A stretch of DNA of 64,000 nt from the human T2T-CHM13v2.0 reference genome, Homo sapiens. Each line of letters starts with the position of its first letter. Position 1 is the first letter of the stretch. A program made the position numbers and the translations under genes. Below are positions 28,401-43,400 of the stretch, piece after piece. The notes beneath the pieces are model-generated. The model saw only the letters and a program-made list of their open reading frames with translations. It had not been told where the DNA came from and searched no databases. The stretch lies in assembly GCF_009914755.1 (NCBI RefSeq), contig NC_060938.1. The stretch is one strand, 5' to 3'.

Positions 28401-31400
28401 TGTCGAGATTTTATATGAAGATATTCCCGTTTCCAAAGAAATCCTGAAATCTGTCCAAATATCCCCTTGCAGATTCTACAAAAAGAGTGTTTCAAAACTG
28501 CTCTGTAAAAAGAAAGGTTCAACTCTGTTAGTTGAGTACACACATCACAAACAAGTTTCACAGAATGCTTCTTTCTAGCTTGTAGGGGAAGATATTCCCT
28601 TTATCACCATGGGCCTCAAACCGTCCGATAAGTCCACTTCCATATACTACAAAAAGAGCGTTTCAAACCTGCTCTATGAAAGGCAATGTTCAACTCTGTG
28701 ACTTGAATGCAGACATCACAGAGCAGTTTCTGAGAATGCTTCTGTCTAGATTTTATAGGAAGATATTCCCGTTTCCAACGAAATCTTCACAGCTATCCAA
28801 ATATCCACTTGCAGATTCTACAAAAAGAGTGTATCAAAACTGCTCTGTCAAAAGGAAGGTTCTTCTCTGTTAGGTGAGTGCATACGTCATAAAGGAGTTT
28901 CTGAGAATGTTTCTGTCTAGTGGTTATGGGAAGATATTTGCTTTTTCACCGTAGGCCTCAGAGCGCTCCAAATATCCACTTGCACATACTACAAAAAGAG
29001 TGCCTCAAAGCTGCTCTCTGAAACGGAATGTTCAACTCTATGAGTTGAATGCAAACATCGCAAAGACGTTTCTGAGAATGCTTCTGTCTAGATTTGATAT
29101 GAAGATATTCCCGTTTCCAACGAAATCTTCAAATCTATCCAAATGTCCACTTGCAGATTCAACAAAAAGTGTTTTTCAGAACTGCTCTATCAAAAGAAAG
29201 ATCCACCTCTGTTAGCTGAGTTCACACATCACAAACAAGTTTATGAGAATGCTTCTGTCTAGTTTTTATTTGAAGATATTTCCTTTCTCACCATAGAGCT
29301 GAAAGCTGTCCTAATGTTCACTTCCAGATACTACAGAAAGAGTGTTTCAAAACTGCTGTACGAAAGGGAATGTTCAACTATGTGACTTGAATGCACACAT
29401 CACAAAGAAGTTTCTGAGGATGCTGCTGTCTACTTTTTATACGTAATCCCGTTTCCAACGAAATCCTCCAAGCTATCCAAATATCCACTTGCAGATTCCA
29501 CAGAAAGACTGTTTCAAAACTGCTCTGTCAATAGAAAGGTTCAACTCTGTTAGCTGCGTGCATATATCCCAAAGAAGATTCTGAGATTGCTTCTGTCTAG
29601 TTTTTATGGGAAGATATTTCCCTTTTCACCGTAGGCGTCAAGGCGCTCCAAATGTCCACTTCCAGATACTACAAAAAGAGTGTTTCAAACCTACTCTGTG
29701 AAAGGGAATATTCAACTCTGTGACTTGAATGCACATATCACAAAGAAGTTTCTGAGAATGCTTCTGTCGAGATTTTATATGAAGATATTCCCGTTTCCAA
29801 CGAAATGCTGAAATCTATCCAAATATCCCCTCGCAGATTCTACAAAAAGAGTGTTTCAAAACTGCTCTGTGAAAAGAAAGGTTCAACTCTGTTAGTTGAG
29901 TACACACATCACAAACAAGTTTCACAGAATGCTTCTTTCTAGCTTGTAGGGGAAGATATTCCCTTTATCACCATGGGCCTCCAACCGTCCGAAACATCCA
30001 CTTCCATATACTACAAAAAGAGCGTTTCCAACCTGCTCTATGAAAGGCAATGTTCAACTCTGTGACTTGAATGCAGACATCACAGAGCAGTTTCTGAGAA
30101 TGCTTCTGTCTAGATTTTATAGGAAGATATTCCCGTTTCCAACGAAATCTTCACAGCTATCCAAATATCCATTGCAGATTCTACAAAAAGAGTGTATCAA
30201 AACTGCTCTGTCAAAAGGAAGGTTCTTCTCTGTTAGGTGAGTGCATACGTCATAAAGGAGTTTCTGAGAATGTTTCTGTCTAGTGGTTATGGGAAGATAT
30301 TTGCTTTTTCACCGTAGGCCTCAGAGCGCTCCAAATATCCACTTGCACATACTACAAAAAGAGTGCTTCAAAGCTGCTCTCTGAAACGGAATGTTCAACT
30401 CTATGAGTTGAATGCAAACATCACAAAGACGTTTCTGAGAATGCTTCTGTCTAGATTTGATATGAAGATATTCCCGTTTCCAACGAAATCTTCAAATCTA
30501 TCCAAATGTCCACTTGCAGATTCAACAAAAAGTGTTTTTCAGAACTGCTCTATCAAAAGAAAGATCCACCTCTGTTAGCTGAGTTCACACATCACAAACA
30601 AGTTTATGAGAATGCTTCTGTCTAGTTTTTATTTGAAGATATTTCCTTTCTCACCATAGAGCTGAAAGCTGTCCTAATGTTCACTTCCAGATACTACAGA
30701 AAGAGTGTTTCAAAACTGCTGTACGAAAGGGAATGTTCAACTCTGTGACTTGAATGCACACATCACAAAGAAGTTTCTGAGGATGCTGCTGTCTACTTTT
30801 TATACGTAATCCCGTTTCCAACGAAATCCTCCAAGCTATCCAAATATCCACTTGCAGATTCCACAGAAAGACTGTTTCAAAACTGCTCTGTCAATAGAAA
30901 GGTTCAACTCTGTTAGCTGCGTGCATATATCCCAAAGAAGATTCTGAGATTGCTTCTGTCTAGTTTTTATGGGAAGATATTTCCCTTTTCACCGTAGGCG
31001 TCAAGGCGCTCCAAATGTCCACTTCCAGATACTACAAAAAGAGTGTTTCAAACCTACTCTGTGAAAGGGAATATTCAACTCTGTGACTTGAATGCACATA
31101 TCACAAGGAAGTTTCTGAGAATGCTTCTGTCGAGATTTTATATGAAGATATTCCCGTTTCCAACGAAATCCTGAAATGTATCCAAATATCCCCTCGCAGA
31201 TTCTACAAAAAGAGTGTTTCAAAACTGCTCTGTAAAAAGAAAGGTTCAACTCTGTTAGTTGAGTACACACATCACAAACAAGTTTCACAGAATGCTTCTT
31301 TCTAGCTTGTAGGGGAAGATTCCCCTTTATCACCGTGGTCCTCAAACCGTCCGAAAAGTCCACTTCCCTATACTACAAAAAGAGCGTTTCAAACCTGCTG

Positions 31401-34400
31401 TATGAAAGGCAATGTTCAACTCTGTGACTTGAATGCAGACATCACAGAGCAGTTTCTGAGAATGCTTCTGTCTAGATTTTATAGGAAGATATTCCCGTTT
31501 CCAACGAAATCTTCACAGCTATCCAAATATCCACTTGCAGATTCTACAAAAAGAGTGTATCAAAACTGCTCTGTCAAAAGGAAGGTTCTTTTCTGTTAGG
31601 TGAGTGCATACGTCATAAAGGAGTTTCTGAGAATGTTTCTGTCTAGTGGTTATGGGAAGATATTTGCTTTTTCACCGTAGGCCTCAGAGCGCTCCAAATA
31701 TCCACTTGCACATACTACAAAAAGAGTGCCTCAAACTGCTCTCTGAAACGGAATGTTCAACTCTATGAGTTGAATGCAAACATCGCAAAGACGTTTCTGA
31801 GAATGCTTCTGTCTAGATTTGATATGAAGATATTCCCGTTTCCAACGAAATCTTCAAATCTATCCAAATGTCCACTTGCAGATTCAACAAAAAGTGTTTT
31901 TCAGAACTGCTCTATCAAAAGAAAGATCCACCTCTGTTAGCTGAGTTCACACATCACAAACAAGTTTATGAGAATGCTTCTGTCTAGTTTTTATTTGAAG
32001 ATATTTCCTTTCTCACCATAGAGCTGAAAGCTGTCCTAATGTTCACTTCCAGATACTACAGAAAGAGTGTTTCAAAACTGCTGTACGAAAGGGAATGTTC
32101 AACTCTGTGACTTGAATGCACACATCACAAAGAAGTTTCTGAGGATGCTGCTGGCTACTTTTTATACGTAATCCCGTTTCCAACGAAATCCTCCAAGCTA
32201 TCCAAATATCCACTTGCAGATTCCACAGAAAGACTGTTTCAAAACTGCTCTGTCAATAGAAAGGTTCAACTCTGTTAGCTGCGTGCATATATCCCAAAGA
32301 AGATTCTGAGATTGCTTCTGTCTAGTTTTTATGGGAAGATATTTCCCTTTTCACCGTAGGCGTCAAGGCGCTCCAAATGTCCACTTCCAGATACTACAAA
32401 AAGAGTGTTTCAAACCTACTCTGTGAAAGGGAATATTCAACTCTGTGACTTGAATGCACATATCACAAAGAAGTTTCTGAGAATGCTTCTGTCGAGATTT
32501 TATATGAAGATATTCCCGTTTCCAACGAAATCCTGAAATGTATCCAAATATCCCCTCGCAGATTCTACAAAAAGAGTGTTTCAAAACTGCTCTGTGAAAA
32601 GAAAGGTTCAACTCTATTAGTTGAGTACACACATCACAAACAAGTTTCACAGAATGCTTCTTTCTAGCTTGTAGGGGAAGATATTCCCTTTATCACCATG
32701 GGCCTCCAACCGTCCGAAACATCCACTTCCATATACTACAAAAAGAGCGTTTCAAACCTGCTCTATGAAAGGCAATGTTCAACTCTGTGACTTGAATGCA
32801 GACATCACAGAGCAGTTTCTGAGAATGCTTCTGTCTAGATTTTATAGGAAGATATTCCCGTTTCCAACGAAATCTTCACAGCTATCCAAATATCCACTTG
32901 CAGATTCTACAAAAAGAGTGTATCAAAACTGCTCTGTCAAAAGGAAGGTTCTTTTCTGTTAGGTGAGTGCATACGTCATAAAGGAGTTTCTGAGAATGTT
33001 TCTGTCTAGTGGTTATGGGAAGATATTTGCTTTTTCACCGTAGGCCTCAGAGCGCTCCAAATATCCACTTGCACATACTACAAAAAGAGTGCCTCAAACT
33101 GCTCTCTGAAACGGAATGTTCAACTCTATGAGTTGAATGCAAACATCGCAAAGACGTTTCTGAGAATGCTTCTGTCTAGATTTGATATGAAGATATTCCC
33201 GTTTCCAACGAAATCTTCAAATCTATCCAAATGTCCACTTGCAGATTCAACAAAAAGTGTTTTTCAGAACTGCTCTATCAAAAGAAAGATCCACCTCTGT
33301 TAGCTGAGTTCACACATCACAAACAAGTTTATGAGAATGCTTCTGTCTAGTTTTTATTTGAAGATATTTCCTTTCTCACCATAGAGCTGAAAGCTGTCCT
33401 AATGTTCACTTCCAGATACTACAGAAAGAGTGTTTCAAAACTGCTGTACGAAAGGGAATGTTCAACTCTGTGACTTGAATGCACACATCACAAAGAAGTT
33501 TCTGAGGATGCTGCTGGCTACTTTTTATACGTAATCCCGTTTCCAACGAAATCGTCCAAGCTATCCAAATATCCACTTGCAGATTCCACAGAAAGACTGT
33601 TTCAAAACTGCTCTGTCAATAGAAAGGTTCAACTCTGTTAGCTGCGTGCATATATCCCAAAGAAGATTCTGAGATTGCTTCTGTCTAGTTTTTATGGGAA
33701 GATATTTCCCTTTTCACCGTAGGCGTCAAGGCGCTCCAAATGTCCACTTCCAGATACTACAAAAAGAGTGTTTCAAACCTACTCTGTGAAAGGGAATATT
33801 CAACTCTGTGACTTGAATGCACATATCACAAAGAAGTTTCTGAGAATGCTTCTGTCGAGATTTTATATGAAGATATTCCCGTTTCCAACGAAATCCTGAA
33901 ATGTATCCAAATATCCCCTCGCAGATTCTACAAAAAGAGTGTTTCAAAACTGCTCTGTGAAAAGAAAGGTTCAACTCTGTTAGTTGAGTACACACATCAC
34001 AAACAAGTTTCACAGAATGCTTCTTTCTAGCTTGTAGGGGAAGATATTCCCTTTATCACCATGGGCCTCCAACCGTCCGAAACATCCACTTCCATATACT
34101 ACAAAAAGAGCGTTTCAAACCTGCTCTATGAAAGGCAATGTTCAACTCTGTGACTTGAATGCAGACATCACAGAGCAGTTTCTGAGAATGCTTCTGTCTA
34201 GATTTTATAGGAAGATATTCCCGTTTCCAACGAAATCTTCACAGCTATCCAAATATCCACTTGCAGATTCTACAAAAAGAGTGTATCAAAACTCCTCTGT
34301 CAAAAGGAAGGTTCTTTTCTGTTAGGTGAGTGCATACGTCATAAAGGAGTTTCTGAGAATGTTTCTGTCTAGTGGTTATGGGAAGATATTTGCTTTTTCA

Positions 34401-37400
34401 CCGTAGGCCTCAGAGCGCTCCAAATATCCACTTGCACATACTACAAAAAGAGTGCCTCAAAGCTGCTCTCTGAAACGGAATGTTCAACTCTATGAGTTGA
34501 ATGCAAACATCGCAAAGACGTTTCTGAGAATGCTTCTGTCTAGATTTGATATGAAGATATTCCCGTTTCCAACGAAATCTTCAAATCTATCCAAATGTCC
34601 ACTTGCAGATTCAACAAAAAGTGTTTTTCAGAACTGCTCTATCAAAAGAAAGATCCACCTCTGTTAGCTGAGTTCACACATCACAAACAAGTTTATGAGA
34701 ATGCTTCTGTCTAGTTTTTATTTGAAGATATTTCCTTTCTCACCATAGAGCTGAAAGCTGTCCTAATGTTCACTTCCAGATACTACAGAAAGAGTGTTTC
34801 AAAACTGCTGTACGAAAGGGAATGTTCAACTCTGTGACTTGAATGCACACATCACAAAGAAGTTTCTGAGGATGCTGCTGTCTACTTTTTATACGTAATC
34901 CCGTTTCCAACGAAATCCTCCAAGCTATCCAAATATCCACTTGCAGATTCCACAGAAAGACTGTTTCAAAACTGCTCTGTCAATAGAAAGGTTCAACTCT
35001 GTTAGCTGCGTGCATATATCCCAAAGAAGATTCTGAGATTGCTTCTGTCTAGTTTTTATGAGAAGATATTTCCCTTTTCACCGTAGGCGTCAAGGCGCTC
35101 CAAATGTCCACTTCCAGATACTACAAAAAGAGTGTTTCAAACCTACTCTGTGAAAGGGAATATTCAACTCTGTGACTTGAATGCACATATCACAAAGAAG
35201 TTTCTGAGAATGCTTCTGTCGAGATTTTATATGAAGATATTCCCGTTTCCAACGAAATCCTGAAATGTATCCAAATATCCCCTCGCAGATTCTACAAAAA
35301 GAGTGTTTCAAAACTGCTCTGTGAAAAGAAAGGTTCAACTCTGTTAGTTGAGTACACACATCACAAACAAGTTTCACAGAATGCTTCTTTCTAGCTTGTA
35401 GGGGAAGATATTCCCTTTATCACCATGGGCCTCCAACCGTCCGAAACATCCACTTCCATATACTACAAAAAGAGCGTTTCAAACCTGCTCTATGAAAGGC
35501 AATGTTCAACTCTGTGACTTGAATGCAGACATCACAGAGCAGTTTCTGAGAATGCTTCTGTCTAGATTTTATAGGAAGATATTCCCGTTTCCAACGAAAT
35601 CTTCACAGCTATCCAAATATCCACTTGCAGATTCTACAAAAAGAGTGTATCAAAACTGCTCTGTCAAAAGGAAGGTTCTTTTCTGTTAGGTGAGTGCATA
35701 CGTCATAAAGGAGTTTCTGAGAATGTTTCTGTCTAGTGGTTATGGGAAGATATTTGCTTTTTCACCGTAGGCCTCAGAGCGCTCCAAATATCCACTTGCA
35801 CATACTACAAAAAGAGTGCCTCAAAGCTGCTCTCTGAAACGGAATGTTCAACTCTATGAGTTGAATGCAAACATCGCAAAGACGTTTCTGAGAATGCTTC
35901 TGTCTAGATTTGATATGAAGATATTCCCGTTTCCAACGAAATCTTCAAATCTATCCAAATGTCCACTTGCAGATTCAACAAAAAGTGTTTTTCAGAACTG
36001 CTCTATCAAAAGAAAGATCCACCTCTGTTAGCTGAGTTCAGACATCACAAACAAGTTTATGAGAATGCTTCTGTCTAGTTTTTATTTGAAGATATTTCCT
36101 TTCTCACCATAGACCTGAAAGCTGTCCTAATGTTCACTTCCAGTTACTACAGAAAGAGTGTTTCAAAACTGCTGTACGAAAGGGAATGTTCAACTCTGTG
36201 ACTTGAATGCACACATCACAAAGAAGTTTCTGAGGATGCTGCTGGCTACTTTTTATACTTAATCCCGTTTCCAACGAAATCCTCCAAGCTATCCAAATAT
36301 CCACTTGCAGATTCCACAGAAAGACTGTTTCAAAACTGCTCTGTCAATAGAAAGGTTCAACTCTGTTAGCTGCGTGCATATATCCCAAAGAAGATTCTGA
36401 GATTGCTTCTGTCTAGTTTTTATGGGAAGATATTTCCCTTTTCACAGTAGGCGTCAAGGCGCTCCAAATGTCCACTTCCAGATACTACAAAAAGAGTGTT
36501 TCAAACCTACTCTGTGAAAGGGAATATTCAACTCTGTGACTTGAATGCACATATCACAAGGAAGTTTCTGAGAATGCTTCTGTCGAGATTTTATATGAAG
36601 ATATTCCCGTTTCCAACGAAATCCTGAAATGTATCCAAATATCCCCTCGCAGATTCTACAAAAAGAGTGTTTCAAAACTGCTCTGTAAAAAGAAAGGTTC
36701 AACTCTGTTAGTTGAGTACACACATCACAAACAAGTTTCACAGAATGCTTCTTTCTAGCTTGTAGGGGAAGATATTCCCTTTATCACCATGGGCCTCCAA
36801 CCGTCCGAAACATCCACTTCCATATACTACAAAAAGAGCGTTTCAAACCTGCTCTATGAAAGGCAATGTTCAACTCTGTGACTTGAATGCAGACATCACA
36901 GAGCAGTTTCTGAGAATGCTTCTGTCTAGATTTTATAGGAAGATATTCCCGTTTCCAACGAAATCTTCACAGCTATCCAAATATCCACTTGCAGATTCTA
37001 CAAAAAGAGTGTATCAAAACTGCTCTGTCAAAAGGAAGGTTCTTTTCTGTTAGGTGAGTGCATACGTCATAAAGGAGTTTCTGAGAATGTTTCTGTCTAG
37101 TGGTTATGGGAAGATATTTGCTTTTTCACCGTAGGCCTCAGAGCGCTCCAAATATCCACTTGCACATACTACAAAAAGAGTGCCTCAAACTGCTCTCTGA
37201 AACGGAATGTTCAACTCTATGAGTTGAATGCAAACATCGCAAAGACGTTTCTGAGAATGCTTCTGTCTAGATTTGATATGAAGATATTCCCGTTTCCAAC
37301 GAAATCTTCAAATCTATCCAAATGTCCACTTGCAGATTCAACAAAAAGTGTTTTTCAGAACTGCTCTATCAAAAGAAAGATCCACCTCTGTTAGCTGAGT

Positions 37401-40400
37401 TCACACATCACAAACAAGTTTATGAGAATGCTTCTGTCTAGTTTTTATTTGAAGATATTTCCTTTCTCACCATAGAGCTGAAAGCTGTCCTAATGTTCAC
37501 TTCCAGATACTACAGAAAGAGTGTTTCAAAACTGCTGTACGAAAGGGAATGCTCAACTCTGTGACTTGAATGCACACATCACAAAGAAGTTTCTGAGGAT
37601 GCTGCTGGCTACTTTTTATACGTAATCCCGTTTCCAACGAAATCCTCCAAGCTATCCAAATATCCACTTGCAGATTCCACAGAAAGACTTTTTCAAAACT
37701 GCTCTGTCAATAGAAAGGTTCAACTCTGTTAGCTGCGTGCATATATCCCAAAGAAGATTCTGAGATTGCTTCTGTCTAGTTTTTATGGGAAGATATTTCC
37801 CTTTTCACCGTAGGCGTCAATGCGCTCCAAATGTCCACTTCCAGATACTACAAAAAGAGTGTTTCAAACCTACTCTGTGAAAGGGAATATTCAACTCTGT
37901 GACTTGAATGCACATATCACAAAGAAGTTTCTGAGAATGCTTCTGTCGAGATTTTATATGAAGATATTCCCGTTTCCAACGAAATCCTGAAATGTATCCA
38001 AATATCCCCTCGCAGATTCTACAAAAAGAGTGTTTCAAAACTGCTCTGTGAAAAGAAAGGTTCAACTCTGTTAGTTGAGTACACACATCACAAACAAGTT
38101 TCACAGAATGCTTCTTTCTAGCTTGTAGGGGAAGATATTCCCTTTATCACCATGGGCCTCCAACCGTCCGAAACATCCACTTCCATATACTACAAAAAGA
38201 GCGTTTCAAACCTGCTCTATGAAAGGCAATGTTCAACTCTGTGACTTGAATGCAGACATCACAGAGCAGTTTCTGAGAATGCTTCTGTCTAGATTTTATA
38301 GGAAGATATTCCCGTTTCCAACGAAATCTTCACAGCTATCCAAATATCCACTTGCAGATTCTACAAAAAGAGTGTATCAAAACTGCTCTGTCAAAAGGAA
38401 GGTTCTTTTCTGTTAGGTGAGTGCATACGTCATAAAGGAGTTTCTGAGAATGTTTCTGTCTAGTGGTTATGGGAAGATATTTGCTTTTTCACCGTAGGCC
38501 TCAGAGCGCTCCAAATATCCACTTGCACATACTACAAAAAGAGTGCCTCAAAGCTGCTCTCTGAAACGGAATGTTCAACTCTATGAGTTGAATGCAAACA
38601 TCGCAAAGACGTTTCTGAGAATGCTTCTGTCTAGATTTGATATGAAGATATTCCCGTTTCCAACGAAATCTTCAAATCTATCCAAATGTCCACTTGCAGA
38701 TTCAACAAAAAGTGTTTTTCAGAACTGCTCTATCAAAAGAAAGATCCACCTCTGTTAGCTGAGTTCAGACATCACAAACAAGTTTATGAGAATGCTTCTG
38801 TCTAGTTTTTATTTGAAGATATTTCCTTTCTCACCATAGACCTGAAAGCTGTCCTAATGTTCACTTCCAGTTACTACAGAAAGAGTGTTTCAAAACTGCT
38901 GTACGAAAGGGAATGTTCAACTCGGTGACTTGAATGCACACATCACAAAGAAGTTTCTGAGGATGCTGCTGTCTACTTTTTATACTTAATCCCGTTTCCA
39001 ACGAAATCCTCCAAGCTATCCAAATATCCACTTGCAGATTCCACAGAAAGACTGTTTCAAAACTGCTCTGTCAATAGAAAGGTTCAACTCTGTTAGCTGC
39101 GTGCATATATCCCAAAGAAGATTCTGAGATTGCTTCTGTCTAGTTTTTATGGGAAGATATTTCCCTTTTCACCGTAGGTGTCAAGGCGCTCCAAATGTCC
39201 ACTTCCAGATACTACAAAAAGAGTGTTTCAAACCTACTCTGTGAAAGGGAATATTCAACTCTGTGACTTGAATGCACATATCACAAGGAAGTTTCTGAGA
39301 ATGCTTCTGTCGAGATTTTATATGAAGATATTCCCGTTTCCAACGAAATCCTGAAATGTATCCAAATATCCCCTCGCAGATTCTACAAAAAGAGTGTTTC
39401 AAAACTGCTCTGTAAAAAGAAAGGTTCAACTCTGTTAGTTGAGTACACACATCACAAACAAGTTTCACAGAATGCTTCTTTCTAGCTTGTAGGGGAAGAT
39501 ATTCCCTTTATCACCATGGGCCTCCAACCGTCCGAAACATCCACTTCCATATACTACAAAAAGAGCGTTTCAAACCTGCTCTATGAAAGGCAATGTTCAA
39601 CTCTGTGACTTGAATGCAGACATCACAGAGCAGTTTCTGAGAATGCTTCTGTCTAGATTTTATAGGAAGATATTCCCGTTTCCAACGAAATCTTCACAGC
39701 TATCCAAATATCCACTTGCAGATTCTACAAAAAGAGTGTATCAAATCTGCTCTGTCAAAAGGAAGGTTCTTCTCTGTTAGGTGAGTGCATACGTCATAAA
39801 GGAGTTTCTGAGAATGTTTCTGTCTAGTGGTTATGGGAAGATATTTGCTTTTTCCCCGTAGGCCTCAGAGCGCTCCAAATATCCACTTGCACATACTACA
39901 AAAACAGTGCTTCAAAGCTGTTCTCTGAAACGGAATGTTCAACTCTATGAGTTGAATGCAAACATCACAAAGACGTTTCTGAGAATGCTTCTGTCTAGAT
40001 TTGATATGAAGATATTCCCGTTTCCAACGAAATCTTCAAATCTATCCAAATGTCCACTTGCAGATTCAACAAAAAGTGTTTTTCAGAACTGCTCTATCAA
40101 AAGAAAGATCCACCTCTGTTAGCTGAGTTCACACATCACAAACAAGTTTATGAGAATGCTTCTGTCTAGTTTTTATTTGAAGATATTTCCTTTCTCACCA
40201 TAGAGCTGAAAGCTGTCCTAATGTTCACTTCCAGATACTACAGAAAGAGTGTTTCAAAACTGCTGTACGAAAGGGAATGTTCAACTCTGTGACTTGAATG
40301 CACACATCACAAAGAAGTTTCTGAGGATGCTGCTGTCTACTTTTTATACGTAATCCCGTTTCCAACGAAATCCTCCAAGCTATCCAAATATCCACTTGCA

Positions 40401-43400
40401 GATTCCACAGAAAGACTGTTTCAAAACTGCTCTGTCAATAGAAAGGTTCAACTCTGTTAGCTGCGTGCATATATCCCAAAGAAGATTCTGAGATTGCTTC
40501 TGTCTAGTTTTTATGGGAAGATATTTCCCTTTTCACCGTAGGTGTCAAGGCGCTCCAAATGTCCACTTCCAGATACTACAAAAAGAGTGTTTCAAACCTA
40601 CTCTGTGAAAGGGAATATTCAACTCTGTGACTTGAATGCACATATCACAAAGAAGTTTCTGAGAATGCTTCTGTCGAGATTTTATATGAAGATATTCCCG
40701 TTTCCAACGAAATCCTGAAATGTATCCAAATATCCCCTCGCAGATTCTACAAAAAGAGTGTTTCAAAACTGCTCTGTAAAAAGAAAGGTTCAACTCTGTT
40801 AGTTGAGTACACACATCACAAACAAGTTTCACAGAATGCTTCTTTCTAGCTTGTAGGGGAAGATATTCCCTTTATCATCATGGGCCTCAAACCGTCTGAA
40901 ACGTCCACTTCCATATACTACAAAAAGAGCATTTCAAACCTGCTCTATGAAAGGCAATGTTCTACTCTGTGACTTGAATGCAGACATCACAGAGCAGTTT
41001 CTGAGAATGCTTCTGTCTAGATTTTATAGGAAGATATTCCCGTTTCCAACGAAATCTTCACAGCTATCCAAATATCCACTTGCAGATTCTACAAAAAGAG
41101 TGTATCAAAACTGCTCTGTCAAAAGGAAGGTTCTTCTCTGTTAGGTGAGTGCATACGTCATAAAGGAGTTTCTGAGAATGTTTCTGTCTAGTGGTTATGG
41201 GAAGATATTTGCTTTTTCCCCGTAGGCCTCAGGGCGCTCAAAATGTCCACTTGCACATGCTACAAAAAGAGTGCTTCAAAGCTGCTCTCTGAAAGGGAAT
41301 GTTCAACTCTATGAGTTGAATGCAAACATCACAAAGACGTTTCTGAGAATGCTTCTGTCTAGATTTGATATGAAGATATTCCCGTTTCCAAAGAAGTCTT
41401 CAAATCTATCCAAATGTCCACTTGCAGATTCAACCAAAAGTGTTTTTCAGAACTGCTCTATCAAAAGAAAGATCCACCTCTGTTAGCTGAGTTCAGACAT
41501 CACAAACAAGTTTATGAGAATGCTTCTGTCTAGTTTTTATTTGAAGATATTTCCTTTCTCACCATAGACCTGAAAGCTGTCCTAATGTTCACTTCCAGAT
41601 ACTACAGAAAGAGTGTTTCAAAACTGCTGTACGAAAGGGAATGTTCAACTCTGTGACTTGAATGCACACATCACAAAGAAGTTTCTGACGATGCTGCTGT
41701 CTACTTTTTATACTTAATCCCGTTTCCAATGAAATCCTCCAAGCTATCCAAATATCCACTTGCAGATTCCACAGAAAGACTGTTTCAAAACTGCTCTGTC
41801 AATAGAAAGGTTCAACTCTGTTAGCTGCGTGCATATATCCCAAAGAAGATTCTGAGATTGCTTCTGTCTAGTTTTTATGGGAAGATATTTCCCTTTTCAC
41901 CGTAGGTGTCAAGGCGCTCCAAATGTCCACTTCCAGATACTACAAAAAGAGTGTTTCAAACCTACTCTGTGAAAGGGAATATTCAACTCTGTGACTTGAA
42001 TGCACATATCACAAGGAAGTTTCTGAGAATGCTTCTGTCGAGATTTTATATGAAGATATTCCCGTTTCCAACGAAATCCTGAAATGTATCCAAATATCCC
42101 CTCGCAGATTCTACAAAAAGAGTGTTTCAAAACTGCTCTGTAAAAAGAAAGGTTCAACTCTGTTAGTTGAGTACACACATCACAAACAAGTTTCACAGAA
42201 TGCTTCTTTCTAGCTTGTAGGGGAAGATATTCCCTTTATCACCATGGGCCTCCAACCGTCCGAAAAGTCCACTTCCATATACTACAAAAAGAGCGTTTCA
42301 AACCTGCTCTATGAAAGGCAATGTTCAACTCTGTGACTTGAATGCAGACATCACAGAGCAGTTTCTGAGAATGCTTCTGTCTAGATTTTATAGGAAGATA
42401 TTCCCGTTTCCAACGAAATCTTCACAGCTATCCAAATATCCACTTGCAGATTCTACAAAAAGAGTGTATCAAAACTGCTCTGTCAAAAGGAAGGTTCTTT
42501 TCTGTTAGGTGAGTGCATACGTCATAAAGGAGTTTCTGAGAATGTTTCTGTCTAGTGGTTATGGGAAGATATTTGCTTTTTCACCGTAGGCCTCAGAGCG
42601 CTCCAAATATCCACTTGCACATACTACAAAAAGAGTGCCTCAAACTGCTCTCTGAAACGGAATGTTCAACTCTATGAGTTGAATGCAAACATCGCAAAGA
42701 CGTTTCTGAGAATGCTTCTGTCTAGATTTGATATGAAGATATTCCCGTTTCCAACGAAATCTTCAAATCTATCCAAATGTCCACTTGCAGATTCAACAAA
42801 AAGTGTTTTTCAAAACTGCTCTATCAAAAGAAAGATCCACCTCTGTTAGCTGAGTTCACACATCACAAACAAGTTTATGAGAATGCTTCTGTCTAGTTTT
42901 TATTTGAAGATATTTCCTTTCTCACCATAGAGCTGAAAGCTGTCCTAATGTTCACTTCCAGATACTACAGAAAGAGTGTTTCAAAACTGCTGTACGAAAG
43001 GGAATGTTCAACTCTGTGACTTGAATGCACACATCACAAAGAAGTTTCTGAGGATGCTGCTGTCTACTTTTTATACGTAATCCCGTTTCCAACGAAATCC
43101 TCCAAGCTATCCAAATATCCACTTGCAGATTCCACAGAAAGACTGTTTCAAAACTGCTCTGTCAATAGAAAGGTTCAACTCTGTTAGCTGCGTGCATATA
43201 TCCCAAAGAAGATTCTCAGATTGCTTCTGTCTAGTTTTTATGGGAAGATATTTCCCTTTTCACCGTAGGTGTCAAGGCGCTCCAAATGTCCACTTCCAGA
43301 TACTACAAAAAGAGTGTTTCAAACCTACTCTGTGAAAGGGAATATTCAACTCTGTGACTTGAATGCACATATCACAAAGAAGTTTCTGAGAATGCTTCTG

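Noticed and set aside
30165-30175. Singleton 1-bp deletion (atatccattgc) that frameshifts the repeated ORF
   Set aside because: It is a private indel or a sequencing error in non-coding satellite, with no functional implication.
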